A stretch of 64,000 bases of DNA, from NCBI GenBank assembly GCA_034430115.1, contig DAOUFG010000078.1:10606-74605 (forward strand), written 5' to 3'. Positions 38,682 through 49,300 of this stretch are shown here, in pieces. Under the pieces are notes generated by a model. That model saw nothing but the letters and a program-made list of their open reading frames with translations. It was not told where the DNA came from and ran no database searches. Source of the DNA: Thermoflexales bacterium (GTDB lineage Bacteria > Chloroflexota > Anaerolineae > J036 > Brachytrichaceae). How positions within the stretch are numbered: the first letter of the stretch is position 1; the number at the start of each line of letters is the position of its first letter. A program made the position numbers and the translations under genes.

Positions 38682-39682
38682 TGAAGCTTGGGAGATTAGC
38701 CAAAAGCATCCTGGGAGGGCTGCGCAATTTCGTCCTGGCGCTGATTGCTTTCTACGGCTTCTGCGCCACGGTCTATATCGTGTTGCACTTCCTGGTGGGC
38801 GAACAACTGCACCTCATCGCAGTGCTCAATAACTTCGTTCCACTGCTGCTGTTGCCCGCCGTGCCGCTCGCCGTGTTGTGCTTCGCACTGCGACGCTCCC
38901 GCGTCAGCCTGGTGCTGATGCCTGCGCTATTGATGCTGCTCATTTCCTACGGGCCATTGCTGGTGCCGGAACATGCCCATGCGGCCACCACCGAGGGGCA
39001 ACCTCTCACCCTGCTTACCTATAACCTGCACGGCAGCGTGCAAACCGATGGCAAAGCGTCCATCATCGACATCGTGAAACAGGCCGATGCCGACGTGGTG
39101 ACGCTGCAAGAGCTAAGCCCCCATATGGCCGAAATCATGGCACCCCTGTATCCCTATCACGCGCTGCACATCAACAAGGACTCGCTCGTGGTGGGCCAGG
39201 GCGTGCTCAGCCGGTATCCAATCATTCAAGACGATTATTGGGTGATGGGGCTAGGGATGCAACGCGTGATGCTAAACGTCAATGGGACGCACGTCATCCT
39301 TTATAACGTCCACATTCGAAACCCGTTCATCAAGGAGGTGGAGGGCTCAAAGGTGGATGTATCGTTGCGCAACGCCGCCATCGATGATCTGCTGCGCCGC
39401 ACGGAAGACGAAAAAAGCCCGCTCATCATCGCCGGAGATCACAACATGACCGATCAGACGGACAGCTACAAGAAGATGAGCGCGCGCTACCACGACACGT
39501 TCCGCGAGGTAGGATCATGGCTGGGTTCCACTTACCCGGCCGATTTATCCCCGATTCCCCCACTGGCGCGCATCGACTACGTCTTCCACGACGACAGCGT
39601 GCACAGCATCGCAGCGCGCGTCTGGCCCACCGGCGGCGGGTCCGACCACCGGCCCGTATGGGTGGAACTATCTATCCAATAA
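38672..39682 (+). CDS. Endonuclease/exonuclease/phosphatase (EEP) family protein with N-terminal TM segments
   Basis: LTYNLHG, VVTLQEL and GGGSDHRPVWVEL are EEP catalytic motifs. SD gaggag; the start overlaps the upstream stop by 10 nt. Confidence 0.65.
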   Translation: MPVMKLGRLAKSILGGLRNFVLALIAFYGFCATVYIVLHFLVGEQLHLIAVLNNFVPLLLLPAVPLAVLCFALRRSRVSLVLMPALLMLLISYGPLLVPEHAHAATTEGQPLTLLTYNLHGSVQTDGKASIIDIVKQADADVVTLQELSPHMAEIMAPLYPYHALHINKDSLVVGQGVLSRYPIIQDDYWVMGLGMQRVMLNVNGTHVILYNVHIRNPFIKEVEGSKVDVSLRNAAIDDLLRRTEDEKSPLIIAGDHNMTDQTDSYKKMSARYHDTFREVGSWLGSTYPADLSPIPPLARIDYVFHDDSVHSIAARVWPTGGGSDHRPVWVELSIQ

Positions 39683-39768
39683 TTTACGATTGTGGATTGC
39701 CGTGTCGCTTCGCCAACGTATCCTGCGTTGCGACGGACAATCCAAAATCTAAAATCGTGAATCAGAAA

Positions 39769-39993
39769 TCAAAAGATTCCGCGCAAGACGAGCAAGAAGC
39801 CGAAAATGATCAGCGGAATCCCGACAATCGCGCCAACCACCGTCACGGTGAGCAATACGCCAACGATCAGCAATACCAGCCCCAGCACAGCCGCAACCAG
39901 ACGGCCCGTCAACGCCAAAATGAGGGTCACTAACCGCCAGACGGCCCAAAACGGCCACAGCAGAACAGGCACATGTGAGCCTTGTGTCATCAT
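39769..39993 (-). CDS. Small two-TM membrane protein (about 75 aa), YccF/DUF307-like
   Basis: Start ATGATG preceded by ggaggt. Hydrophobic, with a GIPLI motif. Confidence 0.4.
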   Translation of the reverse strand: MMTQGSHVPVLLWPFWAVWRLVTLILALTGRLVAAVLGLVLLIVGVLLTVTVVGAIVGIPLIIFGFLLVLRGIF

Positions 39994-40064
39994 ATCTCTA
40001 CCTCCAATCAATATAGATACGTAGAAAGCCGCGTCATAGTTGCACCCTCTAAAGAGCCTTTCAA

Positions 40065-40919
40065 TCAAACCAGTTCACGCAACACAGCCCAGTCGCCGGT
40101 TTTGCCATCTAGCGCGATGCCGGGCTGCACCAGCCCATCTGCGGCGAGTTGGTCCAGCGCGCGCTCGGCATCGGCGCGCTTCCAACCAAAGAGCTTCATC
40201 ACGTCCTGGGGCCTGGCCGCACCGGCCGAGCGCAGGTAGACCTCGCTCAATTTGCGACGTGCCTGCGCCTGTGTGATCTTGCGCGCCTGGTCGGGCAAAT
40301 GGGGGAAATGGCGCGCCGTGATCTCGCAAATGAACGCATAACGCCACGCGCCCGCCTGCGCCACGCCGATGGGCAACACCTTGAAATCGCCCTCCAATTC
40401 AAGCAGCGCACGGTTGAAGCGATAGTCGCTCTCCTTGCTGCTCAGGCCGGCTGCGCGGCGCAATTGAATCGTGTGCAGCGGCCCCTCGCGCAACAACGCC
40501 TCATAGATCAGTTTCGCTTCGGTGCTCAGCAACCCCTGATCATATTGGAGCAGGTAATCCTCTTCCGGGGAGCCGAAGTTCTCTGAGAGCGCATAAAAGT
40601 AGGGAGCCACGTCCAACGCAATCAGGGTGGATTTGTGGCGCAGCACCTTGGCGTAATACCATTTGCGCTTACCGAGCAACGAGTCCTTCCAACCCCACGT
40701 TATGTGACCTGGGTCGTCATGCGCATCCGCCACCGGGCGATCCCCTGCGACGGCCACCCACAGGCTGGGCAAGCGCACTTCTTTGATCGGCCAGAAAAAG
40801 GCAAACCCGCGTTCATTCACAAACGACACAGCTTCATCTATGTTGCGCACGCGCCGATCGGGGGTGCTGCGAAACGTCTGCGCCTGATAGGCACGCACAC
40901 GCTTGGAAATAGCAATCAT
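40065..40919 (-). CDS. Conserved hypothetical protein (possible winged-helix domain)
   Basis: No diagnostic motif. Codon usage matches the background. Confidence 0.3.
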   Translation of the reverse strand: MIAISKRVRAYQAQTFRSTPDRRVRNIDEAVSFVNERGFAFFWPIKEVRLPSLWVAVAGDRPVADAHDDPGHITWGWKDSLLGKRKWYYAKVLRHKSTLIALDVAPYFYALSENFGSPEEDYLLQYDQGLLSTEAKLIYEALLREGPLHTIQLRRAAGLSSKESDYRFNRALLELEGDFKVLPIGVAQAGAWRYAFICEITARHFPHLPDQARKITQAQARRKLSEVYLRSAGAARPQDVMKLFGWKRADAERALDQLAADGLVQPGIALDGKTGDWAVLRELV

Positions 40920-41398
40920 AGCGACACAAATACTCTTAAAGTCTGGTTAAAGCTCACTTTGCGTAGCGAGATATTTATGCTAAAGTCTAGTGCTAGGCGC
41001 TGAAGCCTTTAATGCACGTCCATTTGCATGAATGCGCATTAAATCACAGTCGCCAGGTTACGGCATCGGCTAAAATTCCAATAAGCTGGTGACTGAAGTT
41101 CACAACAAGTGAGATGCCATTGCACCATGTCGAGAATATTCCGTGCCTGCCAGCCCAGCAGGCTCCGGCAAGACAATAAACGGCAAGGCCGTAGAATGCA
41201 TCCACGTATAATGACCAACCCGGTTTCACCCGACGCGTCGGGAGTCGGCCGTTGCTAAAGTCCATTGAGAAGCTTACCCCTACATATTCATGTCTTGTCT
41301 ATCATTTTCTCTCTCACTCGTGCTTAAGAAGGAGGCTCCAACAGCATCCCTCAGCGAAGCAAAAAACCACTTTTATCTGGAGGTTGTGAAAGTTCTAT

Positions 41399-43432
41399 AT
41401 GAAAGAGTATGCAACTGATAAATTGCGCAATGTGGTGTTGCTTGGCCACGGCGCAAGTGGTAAAACCACCTTCACCGAAGCGTTATTATTTGCCGCCGGC
41501 AACACGACCCGGATGGGCAAGGTCGAAGATGGCAGCACCCTCTCCGACTATGATGCCGAGGAAAAACGCCGTGGCCAATCACTGAATTTAAGTGTGATCC
41601 CGGTGGAGTACAAGGACTATAAGATCAACCTGCTGGACACGCCTGGCTTCCCCGACTTCGTGGGCGAAATGCGCAGCACCGTCCGCGTCGCCGACCTGGG
41701 CCTTATTTTTGTGGACGCCGTGGCCGGCATTGAAGTGGGCACCGAAATGGCGATGCAGGCCGTGGATGACGCACAAATCGCCCGTGCTGTGCTGATCTCA
41801 CGCATGGATCGCGAGAACGCCAACTTCAACCAGGTGCTCGCCAACCTGCACGAAGCATTTCATTCCGACATCGTGCCGCTGATGCTGCCCGTCGGCGCGC
41901 AGGCCGGCTTCTCCGGCGTGATCGACCTGGTCAGCCAGAAGTACCTGAAAGGGCCCAAGGGTGAGGTCGCCGATATTCCGTCCGACATGGCGGCCGAAGT
42001 GGAAGAGGCGCGCAACAAATTGATGGAAGCCGCCGCCGAGGGCGAAGACGAGTTGATGGAAAAGTTCTTCGACACGGGCACGTTGAGCGATGAAGACTTC
42101 GTACGCGGGCTGCGCTCGGCCATCCGCAAGCGCACTTTCGTGCCGGTTTTCTGCGCTGCGCCGGATTCCGGCATCGGCGCAAACGCGATGCTGTTCTCGC
42201 TCGTCAATTATGCCCCTTCTCCCGCCGACGTGGAAAGCAAGCCACTGAACGGCACAGCGCTGTTCGTCTTCAAGACGGTAGCCGACCCCTTCGTGGGCAA
42301 AGTCTCCTACTTCCGCGTGATGGGCGGTTCCATCCACGGCGGAGATACCCGCCTGGTCGTGGCGCGCAACAGCGCAGAAGAACGCATTGCGACGATTTAC
42401 GTCCCACGCGGCTCAGAAGAAATACCAATCGGCCAGTTGAGCTGCGGCGACATCGGCATTGCGACCAAGCTGACGCAGACCCAGACGGGCGACACATTGT
42501 GCGACCGGGCACACGTCGTGGCGCTGCCACGCATCGAATTCCCGCACCCGCTCTTTGCGGTGGCGGTACACCCCAAGTCGAAGAATGATACGGCCAAACT
42601 CAGCCCCTCGCTCACGCGCATCTGCGAAGAAGATCCCAGCCTGGTGTGGGGCGCCGAAGCCGCGACTGCGGAGATGATCCTGCGCGGTATGGGCCAGACC
42701 CACGTCGAAGTGGCGATTGCCAAGCTGCACAATAAGTTCGCCGTGGACGTGGAAACCACCATCCCCAAGGTGGAGTATCACGAGGCGATCACAAAACATG
42801 GCCAGGCACGCCACCGCCACAAGAAACAGACCGGCGGCGCCGGGCAGTTTGCAGAAGTTGAGATGGCTGTCGAACCTACACCTCCAGGTTCCGGTTACGT
42901 ATTTGAGTGGAAAGTGTTCGGCGGCGCCATCAGCAACTCCTACCAATCGAGCATTGAAAAAGGCATTCATAGCGTGATGCAGACGGGCGTCGTCGCCGGG
43001 TACAATATCTCGGACGTCAAATGCCAGGTGCTGGACGGCAAAGAGCACCCGGTGGACTCGAAACCAATCGCTTTTGAAATTTGTGCGCGGCGGGTGTTCC
43101 GCGATGCGTTCGAGCAGGCCGGACCGATCCTGCTGGAACCAATCTATCGTTTCTCAATCATTGTGCCTGAAGATAACGCTGGTGATGTGATGGGTAACCT
43201 GAACACCAAGCGCGCTCAGATCGTGAGTATGGATCAAGTGGGCAATAAGGCCGTCATCACCGCCGATGCCCCGCTCGCCGAGATGCAGCGTTACTCGACT
43301 GACCTGCGCAGTCTAACGCAGGGTCGTGGCATTTACGAAATGAAGTTCGAGCGCTATGCCCAGGTGCCTAGCCATCTTGCGCAGACGATCATCGCCAAGC
43401 ACAAGGCCGAACAGAAAGAAGAAGAAGAATAA
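41399..43432 (+). CDS. Elongation factor G paralogue (EF-G2-like translational GTPase)
   Basis: G1 GHGASGKTT, G3 DTPGFPDF, and EF-G domains II-V. Confidence 0.85.
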   Translation: MKEYATDKLRNVVLLGHGASGKTTFTEALLFAAGNTTRMGKVEDGSTLSDYDAEEKRRGQSLNLSVIPVEYKDYKINLLDTPGFPDFVGEMRSTVRVADLGLIFVDAVAGIEVGTEMAMQAVDDAQIARAVLISRMDRENANFNQVLANLHEAFHSDIVPLMLPVGAQAGFSGVIDLVSQKYLKGPKGEVADIPSDMAAEVEEARNKLMEAAAEGEDELMEKFFDTGTLSDEDFVRGLRSAIRKRTFVPVFCAAPDSGIGANAMLFSLVNYAPSPADVESKPLNGTALFVFKTVADPFVGKVSYFRVMGGSIHGGDTRLVVARNSAEERIATIYVPRGSEEIPIGQLSCGDIGIATKLTQTQTGDTLCDRAHVVALPRIEFPHPLFAVAVHPKSKNDTAKLSPSLTRICEEDPSLVWGAEAATAEMILRGMGQTHVEVAIAKLHNKFAVDVETTIPKVEYHEAITKHGQARHRHKKQTGGAGQFAEVEMAVEPTPPGSGYVFEWKVFGGAISNSYQSSIEKGIHSVMQTGVVAGYNISDVKCQVLDGKEHPVDSKPIAFEICARRVFRDAFEQAGPILLEPIYRFSIIVPEDNAGDVMGNLNTKRAQIVSMDQVGNKAVITADAPLAEMQRYSTDLRSLTQGRGIYEMKFERYAQVPSHLAQTIIAKHKAEQKEEEE

Positions 43433-43445
43433 GAGGCAAAAACTA

Positions 43446-44654
43446 ATGGCTGACCTTTTTGACAAAATCGCAAATGACAGCACGCTGCAGCAGGCACGCA
43501 TGGGCCGCGAAATGGGCATCTACCCATATTTCAAGCCCCTGTCTGAAACTGAAGGCACGGAAGTGGTGATCGACGGGAAGCGTCTGATCATGATCGGCTC
43601 CAACAACTACCTGGGGCTGACGACTCACCCACACGTGAAGCAGGCGGCAATCGAAGCCATCCAGAAATATGGTACCTCATGTACAGGCAGCCGATTTTTG
43701 AATGGCTCACTGGAATTGCACAAGGAACTGGAACGCCGGCTGGCAAAGTTCATTGGCAAAGAGGCAGCCATCGTGTTTAGCACCGGCTATCAGAGCAACC
43801 TGGGCGCGATCACCGCGCTGATGGATCGAGACGACATCGCCATCTGTGACAAAGATGCGCATGCCTCACTGGTGGACGCGGTGAAGATGTCGGGCTGCCA
43901 GATGAAGCGCTTCCGCCACAATGACATGGCCGACCTGGAGCGCCTGTTGAAAGAGACCCAGGGCACAGCACGCATGATCATCGTGGACGGCGTCTACTCA
44001 ATGGGCGGCGACCTGGCCAACGTGCCGGAGATCATCGCGCTGTGCAAGCAGTATGGCGCGCGCTTCTTCCTCGACGATGCGCATGGCCTGGGCGTGATGG
44101 GCGAAGGCGGGCGCGGCACGTGCTGGCACTTCAACGCCATCAACGACGTGGACGTGGTGATGGGCACGTTCAGCAAGTCGTTCGCCTCGTTGGGCGGCGT
44201 GATCGCCGGCGATAAGGACGTGATCGACTTCATCCAGCACAAGGCGCGCCCGTTCATCTTCAGCGCCTCCATGCCGCCCGCCAACGTGGCGGCGGTGCTG
44301 GCCTGCCTGGACGTCATCGAACAGGACCCGGGTTACGTCCAGAACGTGCACCGCCAGGCGGCCAAAGTGCGCAAGGCCCTGCGCGAGATGGGCTACAACT
44401 GCGGCGAGAGCGTCACGCCGGTGGTGCCCGTTTACACCGGCAGCGAGATGAACACCATCTTCGCCTGGAAGGCGTTCTACGATCACGGCGTGTACGTGAA
44501 CCCCGTGCTGCCGCCGGCGGTGCCGCCAAACAAGAGCTTGTTGCGCACCAGCTACATGGCCAGCCACACCGACGAGCAGATTGATCGGGTGATCAAGGCG
44601 TTCTACGAGGTAGGCACCTACATCGGCCTGATCGAGGATAAAGCGACGGCCTGA
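43446..44654 (+). CDS. Alpha-oxoamine synthase, most similar in pattern to serine palmitoyltransferase
   Basis: AIVFSTGYQSNLG, RFRHNDMADLERL, DGVYSMGGD, PLP-lysine GTFSKSFASLGG, FIFSASMPP, YVNPVLPPAVP. SD aagagg upstream. Confidence 0.7.
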   Translation: MADLFDKIANDSTLQQARMGREMGIYPYFKPLSETEGTEVVIDGKRLIMIGSNNYLGLTTHPHVKQAAIEAIQKYGTSCTGSRFLNGSLELHKELERRLAKFIGKEAAIVFSTGYQSNLGAITALMDRDDIAICDKDAHASLVDAVKMSGCQMKRFRHNDMADLERLLKETQGTARMIIVDGVYSMGGDLANVPEIIALCKQYGARFFLDDAHGLGVMGEGGRGTCWHFNAINDVDVVMGTFSKSFASLGGVIAGDKDVIDFIQHKARPFIFSASMPPANVAAVLACLDVIEQDPGYVQNVHRQAAKVRKALREMGYNCGESVTPVVPVYTGSEMNTIFAWKAFYDHGVYVNPVLPPAVPPNKSLLRTSYMASHTDEQIDRVIKAFYEVGTYIGLIEDKATA

Positions 44655-44684
44655 GCGTTTGCACTACGGTTCTCGCGCTCTCAA

Positions 44685-44721
44685 CCAGCGGATGGCGACT
44701 GCCATCCGCTGGTTTGTTTTT
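44685..44721 (+). terminator. Rho-independent terminator
   Basis: ccagcggatggc-gact-gccatccgctgg followed by tttgttttt. Confidence 0.75.
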
Positions 44722-44918
44722 CCGGAGGAAGAGTACATCTGTTCACTTACCTACTCAAAGAACATCTCACCGTGTACAATTTTCATTAGGGTGATTCACG
44801 TTACAAATCATCAGCCTATTCAGTTAGCGAACGATGATTTCCGTGCAGCAATACGTTTCAGGCTTCCATCAGCGCCGTCATCCGCTGAAGGAATGGTAGC
44901 TATTTTGCGGGGGGAGAA

Positions 44919-46655
44919 ATGACTAAAGCATCGTCAAAACGGTCGATAAACCTACTGCCGCATGTGGCCAGCTTTTTCATCTTGCTTTTGCTATTACAAG
45001 CCTGTGCCTCCCCGACACGACGTGATGCCACCCAAACAACGGCGAGTACAGTTGTTAACTTAACCCCAACAGATGACGGGGTTATCCAACAGGCACAGCC
45101 AATAGCGGACACACCAACTAACGTCCCTTCCGGCACTATCGCGCTGGCCACCTACACTGTACAACCCGGCGACACACTCTTTGGCATTGCTAGTGCATAT
45201 GGCCTGCGACCGGAGACAGTGTTGTGGTCCAACTACGGCGTATTGAGAGATAACCCCGACTTGCTGAGTGTTGGGATGGAACTGGTCATTCCGCCGTCCG
45301 ACGGACTAATCACCATAGCGGAAGAAGGTGACAGCATCGATGCTCTTGCACGTCGATTCCAGGTAAAGGCGGAAGACATCGTTAACGAGCCCACAAACAG
45401 GCTTACGAGCACCGACCAAGTGCTCACACCCGGACAACAACTGTTTATTCCAGGCGGGCAACGTGAGACGGGCATTTGGCTGTTGCCAAAACCATCTGAA
45501 CGCCAAACGCCAGTGCTAGCAGCACCACCTGCAGTAGCTGGTTGGACAGCTGACTATCGTCCAAATTGGATCGGATATTTGGACGCATCTGGCACTCTCA
45601 TTCTTGTTACTCCTGATGGATTGGGAGGTACTACTGCACAAACCAAGCTAGGTTGGCATGTCAACATCCAAGATAAACCCGGTGCCCCAATCATTGTCAC
45701 ACAAGCAGACAAGACAGGACATATTTCCACCTGGGTATTCAATCCAAGTACACAGAACGAATTCAACGAGATGTTGGCACAATGGCAACAAACTTTACAG
45801 GCTGAATACATGGCAGGTCCCTGCGTCGTGGGTATTAAGGGTCACGATGCCAATATCACTTTCATCGGGCCCCAAGCTCAGGCATGGTGCGCAGCGCTAG
45901 AGACGAATAGTTCATACAAGTATGTACGCCTTTCCACAGAACCAAACAGCATGCACATTGTGTGTGAAGTAGCTATCGATGGCGGACAAGTTCGCGTGCG
46001 AGATACGGGTGGACAAGTCATAGCCGCTGACATTTGCGAGCAACTGAAGGCATTCGGAGGAGATCCGCCACCGGCAAATTGGGATATTACTAAAAGCGTT
46101 CTATTGGCTAACGACACACTGGCAGATGCCCTGACATCACTTGAAAACAATGTGGAAGAACTAAAACAGGACACAAGTTTTGAGACCGTACTTGATAAGT
46201 ATGCTGAACTTTTGGCTCAAATGCAGGTTGACTACCAGAAAGAACAAGATGTTGGTTCAAAGTCACTTCCCTACTGCCAGAATCAAATAGACGCCCAAAA
46301 TGCTTCTTATCAGGTTGAGAATGGTCTATATAGCGTTAAAAATAATGACTATGCGCTGGATAATTTGGGGGCCACGCTTCAGAATGACCTGGACAATGTG
46401 ACAACCAATATTGCGGCTGTTCAAACAAAATTAAAGGAACTTCAAGCTGCTGTTTTCGCCAACAAAATGGGATATCCATTACCAAGGTACACAGAGGACG
46501 ATATTGACACATCCCTTGCAACTGCCCAAGCACAAGTTGACAGTTCAAGCAAAGCTCTTAACGATGCCAGAGTAAAGGCTGCCTCATTTGATAAGCAGGC
46601 TGCGGACCTTGCACAATCAGCCAGGCAACTCGCGGCCAGCATTAAGTGCCCCTAA
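44919..46655 (+). CDS. Secreted or lipoprotein LysM-domain protein with C-terminal coiled-coil; lower-GC gene
   Basis: Signal peptide with LLLLQAC lipobox-like sequence. Two LysM motifs (YTVQPGDTLFGIASAYG and ITIAEEGDSIDALARRF). Confidence 0.6.
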   Translation: MTKASSKRSINLLPHVASFFILLLLLQACASPTRRDATQTTASTVVNLTPTDDGVIQQAQPIADTPTNVPSGTIALATYTVQPGDTLFGIASAYGLRPETVLWSNYGVLRDNPDLLSVGMELVIPPSDGLITIAEEGDSIDALARRFQVKAEDIVNEPTNRLTSTDQVLTPGQQLFIPGGQRETGIWLLPKPSERQTPVLAAPPAVAGWTADYRPNWIGYLDASGTLILVTPDGLGGTTAQTKLGWHVNIQDKPGAPIIVTQADKTGHISTWVFNPSTQNEFNEMLAQWQQTLQAEYMAGPCVVGIKGHDANITFIGPQAQAWCAALETNSSYKYVRLSTEPNSMHIVCEVAIDGGQVRVRDTGGQVIAADICEQLKAFGGDPPPANWDITKSVLLANDTLADALTSLENNVEELKQDTSFETVLDKYAELLAQMQVDYQKEQDVGSKSLPYCQNQIDAQNASYQVENGLYSVKNNDYALDNLGATLQNDLDNVTTNIAAVQTKLKELQAAVFANKMGYPLPRYTEDDIDTSLATAQAQVDSSSKALNDARVKAASFDKQAADLAQSARQLAASIKCP

Positions 46656-46869
46656 GCCATTCAATTCCATGCGCGCATCTGCACGCCTTCCCGTAGAGTG
46701 TTCTTGTAAGAATCACCCAGAGCCCATCGAAGGGATCACCTTGTCGATGGGGCCTGAGATCAGCGAGACGAATGATAGGAACTGCCGACGGACGCCGATA
46801 GTAGTATCTGCGTTCATCTGCGTGTATCGGCGGTTCATTCTGCTGGAGCAACCTGGCCACACCTGAAGT

Positions 46870-49254
46870 TCAAGTGCGTTCGGCGTATCGATCAATCGCC
46901 GGAGCCAGCACGCCGAATTGATCGCACAACAAGCCTTCGTATCCGCTCGGCGCGCCGTCCCAGGTGCGCCAATCCACACCGCTGCCACAACCGCCATAGG
47001 CCGTGCCGTCTCCCATGCTGGCGCACAGCCCGGTCAGGAGCTGATCGGCTTCCTCGCGCAGGCCCACCTTGTAGAGCGCGGCGATGAAGTGACGCGCCTG
47101 CGAATGGGTCAGCCCGCCATTTTGATAAGACCCCATCGGCAGGTTGTGCTGCATGCTGGCGGTATCTGCATCGGGGATGCGCCACAGGTTGCCCGGCAAG
47201 CCCAGGCGAGCATCCGGCAGGTTAGCGCGTTGTAATTCGCGCCACAGGCGGGTGATGATGTCCCGCGCCGGCGCATCTTCCACCAGCCCAACGTTGACCG
47301 CCGCGCCATTCACAAACAAAAAGGCGTGATCATGCAATGCGCCATCCTGGCTGCGCCAGCCGCCGAACCAGCCGGTCGCCGGGTTGAAGAACGCCGCCAT
47401 AAAGCTGGCCCGCAATTGAGCCGCCCAATCCGCCAGGCCCTCTGCCAGCGCCGGCTGCCCCAGGCGCGGCAGCACATCCGCAAAGGTGCGCAGTGCCGGG
47501 TAGAGCAGGGCATTGGCAAAGGCATCCTTCCAACCGAACGAGATCACGTCAAACCAACAGGTGCTCCACTGGTGCTGTCCGCTAATGCCCACCCGGTAGG
47601 GGCTTTCGATCAATCCATCGCCGTCCAGGTCGCGTGCGCGCATGCGCCCCAGTTCCAGTTGAATGGCCGGCACATAATGAGCCAGCCATGCTGCGTCACC
47701 GGCAACCCGCAGGTAATCCGCCAGGCCCAACAACGCGCCGCTGCCGCTCATCAGGTACTCGTCCTCAAAGAGATGCTTACTGTGCGAGGACCAGCCACTG
47801 GCATAGCCTTGCCCGCCGTCCAGCCAGCGCTCCAGCGTGTCGCGCAGCAAATCGGTCGCGCGCAAGCCGGGCAGCACCTCGCCCATGCGCGTAGCGATGG
47901 CCGACCAGTTATCGGCGCAGATGATGGCGTGCATTGAGTTGCCATTGTTGGAGAAAGTGGCTGTGTCGGGCCGGTAGGTCAGCCCGGTGATTGCGCAACG
48001 ATTCAGCATCCGCCGTGCCACAGCGGGTGCACCTGCGCTGATGCGCACGAGCGGGGTCGTCTCCAGTTGCCATTCCACTTCGGCCTGGTGCTTGCCTGCA
48101 AGGAGCAGATAATCGCCCTCCGGCTGGGGCAGTTCGCCGACCTTCAGTTCATTCGTCGTGGTGAAGATGGGGCGGATCGAATCGGCGCGCCAGAGCGCCT
48201 CACCCTGGGCGTTCACGCGCAGCGTGCCAAAGCGCGGCGCGTGTAACAACACCGGTAGGGTGAGCAACCCGGCTTCACCCTGGCGCGTAATTGCGCCAAG
48301 CGTCGTCGTGGGCGCAACACGGCTATCAAACGGCACATGCCAGGCGCTGGACTCCCAGGCACGCAAGGGGCGCTCGCCCACGCGCTCGGCGGAGAGCAAC
48401 AGCCTATCGGGCTGCACCTCCCAGCGCAGCGAATATGTCTGTCCCACCCGCGCCAAGCGCAATTCATAGTGGATCACATTGCCCTCGATGCGCGTCGTCC
48501 CTTCAACGTCGTCATTGAGATACGAAAGCAGGTCCGGGGCCGTTTCCGGGCTGAGCCGCACCCCTTGCGACAGATAAGCGCGCAAAGGGTTGTTGAAAAA
48601 CCCCATGTGGCCCAATTGCAATAGATTGTCGGACGTGCGGCCCTGCCCTTCTTCGTCCAGCGCCAGGTAGGAGAAGGCCGCCTTGCGCACCCGGAAGCCC
48701 ACTTCGAGGTTCCGGGTGCGATAGCGCACTTCGCTCCCCAGCCACTCGGCCTGCACCCCGGCCGGTAAGGTCGCCAGGTCACACTGCGCCAGGGCCAGCA
48801 CCGGTTCGCGATGCGCCGGCACAGGTTGTTCCGCCAGTTCGCCGTCGAGGATGACCCCATCCATGGCGATGTTCCATGCCGGCCACCAGTTATCGACGGC
48901 GCAGCGGCGCAATTCCACCAAGACGGTCGCAGCCTCCAGGCCATGCAGATCGAACCACACCGTCTGCGCCGGATTCGCAGGTTGCGGCACATCGCGTAAC
49001 GCCAGCGCGACTGTCCAGGTCTGGCCGTCTCCCACGAGCAGGCGTAGGTCGGTAACCCAATCGGTCTGCGGGTCGCTGCCACACTTGAAATAGCCGGTGC
49101 CCACGCGCAAGCCCAGGCGGTGCAGGCGCAGGGGCACCTCTGAGCGCACGCCGCGCGAATGGATGATGCGCCGGCGCGGCGCGCCCTGTTCATGCGGCAG
49201 CGGCGCCGTCCATACGGCGCGGCAGAAAGAAGATGGAAGGGTTAGTAAATCCAT
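46870..49254 (-). CDS. Large hypothetical protein with C-terminal (alpha/alpha)6 six-hairpin glycosidase-like region
   Basis: Only weak pattern similarity (WFDVISFGWKDAFANALLYPAL-type helices). The N-terminal half is unassigned. Confidence 0.3.
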   Translation of the reverse strand: MDLLTLPSSFCRAVWTAPLPHEQGAPRRRIIHSRGVRSEVPLRLHRLGLRVGTGYFKCGSDPQTDWVTDLRLLVGDGQTWTVALALRDVPQPANPAQTVWFDLHGLEAATVLVELRRCAVDNWWPAWNIAMDGVILDGELAEQPVPAHREPVLALAQCDLATLPAGVQAEWLGSEVRYRTRNLEVGFRVRKAAFSYLALDEEGQGRTSDNLLQLGHMGFFNNPLRAYLSQGVRLSPETAPDLLSYLNDDVEGTTRIEGNVIHYELRLARVGQTYSLRWEVQPDRLLLSAERVGERPLRAWESSAWHVPFDSRVAPTTTLGAITRQGEAGLLTLPVLLHAPRFGTLRVNAQGEALWRADSIRPIFTTTNELKVGELPQPEGDYLLLAGKHQAEVEWQLETTPLVRISAGAPAVARRMLNRCAITGLTYRPDTATFSNNGNSMHAIICADNWSAIATRMGEVLPGLRATDLLRDTLERWLDGGQGYASGWSSHSKHLFEDEYLMSGSGALLGLADYLRVAGDAAWLAHYVPAIQLELGRMRARDLDGDGLIESPYRVGISGQHQWSTCWFDVISFGWKDAFANALLYPALRTFADVLPRLGQPALAEGLADWAAQLRASFMAAFFNPATGWFGGWRSQDGALHDHAFLFVNGAAVNVGLVEDAPARDIITRLWRELQRANLPDARLGLPGNLWRIPDADTASMQHNLPMGSYQNGGLTHSQARHFIAALYKVGLREEADQLLTGLCASMGDGTAYGGCGSGVDWRTWDGAPSGYEGLLCDQFGVLAPAIDRYAERT

Positions 49255-49300
49255 GGATGTGACCTTTTGAAGCTCAGAGTTGCGCGTCCCAACTCATGCG

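Noticed and set aside
41798-43048. Minus-strand ORFs (179, 211 aa) inside the EF-G paralogue
   Set aside because: They overlap a high-confidence translational GTPase gene; no motifs.
44659-44922. 87-aa ORF between the SPT-like gene and the LysM gene
   Set aside because: It spans an obvious intrinsic terminator and the promoter region; AT-rich with no SD.
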